Origin: Candidatus Iainarchaeum sp.
GTDB lineage: Archaea > Iainarchaeota > Iainarchaeia > Iainarchaeales > JAAZKV01
Direction: 5' to 3'
Assembly (NCBI GenBank): GCA_026397015.1
Contig: JAPLVR010000006.1
Span: 128,001-192,000 of the forward strand
DNA length: 64,000 nucleotides
This document shows, in pieces, positions 61,861-64,000 of this stretch. The translations under genes were made by a program, and so were the position numbers. How positions within the stretch are numbered: the first letter of the stretch is position 1; each line of letters begins with the position of its first letter. The notes below the pieces were generated by a model. That model was not told the DNA's origin and searched no databases. It was given only the letters and a program-made list of their open reading frames with translations.

Positions 61861-63804
61861 ATGGACAAAAAAATTATTCTCTTTTTTCTTCTGCTTTTGA
61901 TATTTATTCCTGCTTTCTGCTACGCAAAAAGTTATTCAATCCCAAACGCAAAAGTGGAATTCACGATAAATGGAAACGGGTCAATAAGCGCAACCGAATA
62001 CATTACGTTTAGTTTCAGCGGAAGCTTCACATTTGCGTACAGATATCTTCCGAAAGGAAGCTGGCAGTACGAAAACTTCCGCGTCTTTGATGGCGCCAAA
62101 GAATTAACATTTGAAACTGACGAAGAATGGAACAGAACAAAATACACGTGGTACTACTCCGCAACAAACGAACAAAAAACATTCAAAATGCAATACACAA
62201 TAAAAAACGCGGTTATGGCGTACAACGATGTAGGGGACTTTTACTGGAAAGTTTGGCAGGAAGGATGGGAAAAAGAGGTAGGAAACCTGGAAGGATTTAT
62301 ACTTCTGCCCGGAAAAGTGAATGACTCAAAAGAAGTCTATTCCTGGGGTTATCCGAATTTGAACGGAAAAATCGGTTTGGTTGATAATCAAAAATTAATT
62401 TTCCAGGTTCTGAATGTGCCGGCAAATAATTGGGTGGAAATAAGGGTTGCATTTCCAAGGACGCTGCTGAAAAGCACTAATTTTGCGATTGAAGAAAACA
62501 CAGACGGGTTGGAAAAAATAATTTCAGAGGCGGCAAACTATTCGCCGATGACTAACCAAATGTCATCATTATTCGAATCAATAATTCCATTATTGATAGT
62601 GCTCTTTGTTGGAATACTCATGTACCTCTTAATCATAAAATTTAGAAAAGTCACAATTTTAATTTTTCCAGCAATACTAGTCGGGGCAATATTGCTTCCA
62701 ATTTTTTTTGAGACCTTAACCGCCCAAACAACAAATCTTATTATTTCTATTTTAATCTTTGGAGGAATCCAAGTTGTAATATTCATAATTTGCTGGCATT
62801 TTTGGGGCAGAGAACCAAAAACAGATTACAACGCAGTATACGAAAGGGAACCACCATATGAATATTCTCCCACAATAGTAAAAATGCTGACCAAGGGGGG
62901 CATAATAAAAGGCGCAAGTGCAGAAGACATAACTGGGGAAATTCTAGTGCTTGCGCTGAAGGGAAAAATCGCAATCGAAAAAAAAGACAAAACTTATATA
63001 ATACACATAAAGAATGGAGACTCCGCGGGAATTACCGAAAGCCAAACAATGATTTTGGATTTGTTGGGCGGAGCAGCTGGCTATGATTACCAATCGTTTT
63101 GGGAAAAATATATCTTGCGAAGGAAACTGGAACCAACACCATATTTGGCAACAATCAAAGATATTCAAAAATATTTGGAAAACACTCCGTCCTACAGCAG
63201 GGAATGGTATGAAGACTGGAAAAACGCCGCATCGGAAGAATATCAAAATGAAAATTTTGACGGAGAAAGTAATGGAATAATTCCTTACATAATATTGAGC
63301 ATAATAAATTTGTATATATCAATAAATATATCTGCCACCATAATAGTTGCGCCAAATCAATGGCTCGCCCCTTTAACAATTTCAATTGCCTGCTATTTAC
63401 TTTTTCCGCAAGCCCTTGCAGTCAGAACGCAAAAAGGTGCCCTCCACTATGAAAGGTGGATAAAATTCAAAAAATTCCTTCACGATTTTTCCGCACTCAA
63501 AGAGGTGCCGCCGACCGCAATTGCACTTTGGGAAAAATACCTTGTTTATGCAATTCCATTGGGCGAAGCAAAAAATGTTGAGAAGGCGATGAAATTCGCA
63601 TTCAAAGATTATCATATGGAAGTGCATTCATCAATATTTATTGGAAGCGCAATGGGAAGCTTTTCCGTTGGAGACCTCTCCGGAATATCCTCGGGCTTCT
63701 CTTCCGCATTCTCCTCCGCAATGGCAACCTCCGGAGGCGGAGGATTTGGGGGCGGGGGTGGCGGCGGTGGAGGGGGAGGCGGAGGCGGCGGGGGAGCGGG
63801 TTAA
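61861..63804 (+). CDS. DUF2207 domain membrane protein
   Basis: Signal peptide, INGNGS...EYITF, FYW, WEKYLVYA and poly-Gly C-terminus. Confidence 0.9.
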   Translation: MDKKIILFFLLLLIFIPAFCYAKSYSIPNAKVEFTINGNGSISATEYITFSFSGSFTFAYRYLPKGSWQYENFRVFDGAKELTFETDEEWNRTKYTWYYSATNEQKTFKMQYTIKNAVMAYNDVGDFYWKVWQEGWEKEVGNLEGFILLPGKVNDSKEVYSWGYPNLNGKIGLVDNQKLIFQVLNVPANNWVEIRVAFPRTLLKSTNFAIEENTDGLEKIISEAANYSPMTNQMSSLFESIIPLLIVLFVGILMYLLIIKFRKVTILIFPAILVGAILLPIFFETLTAQTTNLIISILIFGGIQVVIFIICWHFWGREPKTDYNAVYEREPPYEYSPTIVKMLTKGGIIKGASAEDITGEILVLALKGKIAIEKKDKTYIIHIKNGDSAGITESQTMILDLLGGAAGYDYQSFWEKYILRRKLEPTPYLATIKDIQKYLENTPSYSREWYEDWKNAASEEYQNENFDGESNGIIPYIILSIINLYISINISATIIVAPNQWLAPLTISIACYLLFPQALAVRTQKGALHYERWIKFKKFLHDFSALKEVPPTAIALWEKYLVYAIPLGEAKNVEKAMKFAFKDYHMEVHSSIFIGSAMGSFSVGDLSGISSGFSSAFSSAMATSGGGGFGGGGGGGGGGGGGGGGAG

Positions 63805-64000
63805 AAAAACTGCTTGGTTAAAATTAGATTTTTTTTGTCCACGCAAGATTGCAATTCTGTCACCGGCATTTAAGTCTAGAAAACAATAAATATTGAAAAA
63901 ACTTATTTATGCAATGGAATATCCTCTTCTATTTTATTGCGGAAAGAGACCTGACAACTGTCAAAGCCAAATGAAAAAGGATTTAATAAAATACGTCAAA

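Noticed and set aside
63730-63801. G-rich GGN repeat tract
   Set aside because: It encodes the poly-Gly tail typical of DUF2207 proteins.
63914-64000. Possible ORF start at the right edge
   Set aside because: Too little sequence is available to support a call.

Overview
This is chromosomal DNA of an archaeon, most likely a DPANN lineage (Diapherotrites/Iainarchaeota- or Micrarchaeota-like; the lineage is inferred from gene content only). Housekeeping content: ABCE1, pelota, Elp3, Taw3, CCA-adding enzyme, EF-1beta, Rad50, NurA/HerA, Rpo6, IscSU, Hjc, DnaG, two thymidylate kinases, ThrC, Rpp21 and the rps19e-rpl39e-rpl31e-eif6-rplX-pfdA-ftsY cluster. There is also a type IV pilin/prepilin-peptidase locus and seven tRNA genes, three with introns. 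Six things stand out. (1) A radical SAM/SPASM enzyme lies next to a small membrane protein ending in two 11-aa YGPAP repeats, a candidate archaeal splicease-type (Tyr-Gly) peptide-modification system. (2) A family of palindromic REP-like repeats sits directly behind tRNA 3' ends and opens the ~100-nt introns of tRNA-Gly(GCC) and tRNA-Gly(TCC), always in the sense orientation. (3) A ~1 kb mini-element is bounded by tRNA-3'-end direct repeats and internal inverted repeats. (4) Three 34-bp direct repeats delimit orphan-gene cassettes. (5) About a dozen orphan proteins have very basic N-termini, including three HExxH metalloproteases and a minimal kinase-like protein. (6) An OB-fold/TctA/JAMM trio is embedded among the pilins. 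All protein calls come from motif recognition by eye; no database searches were run.
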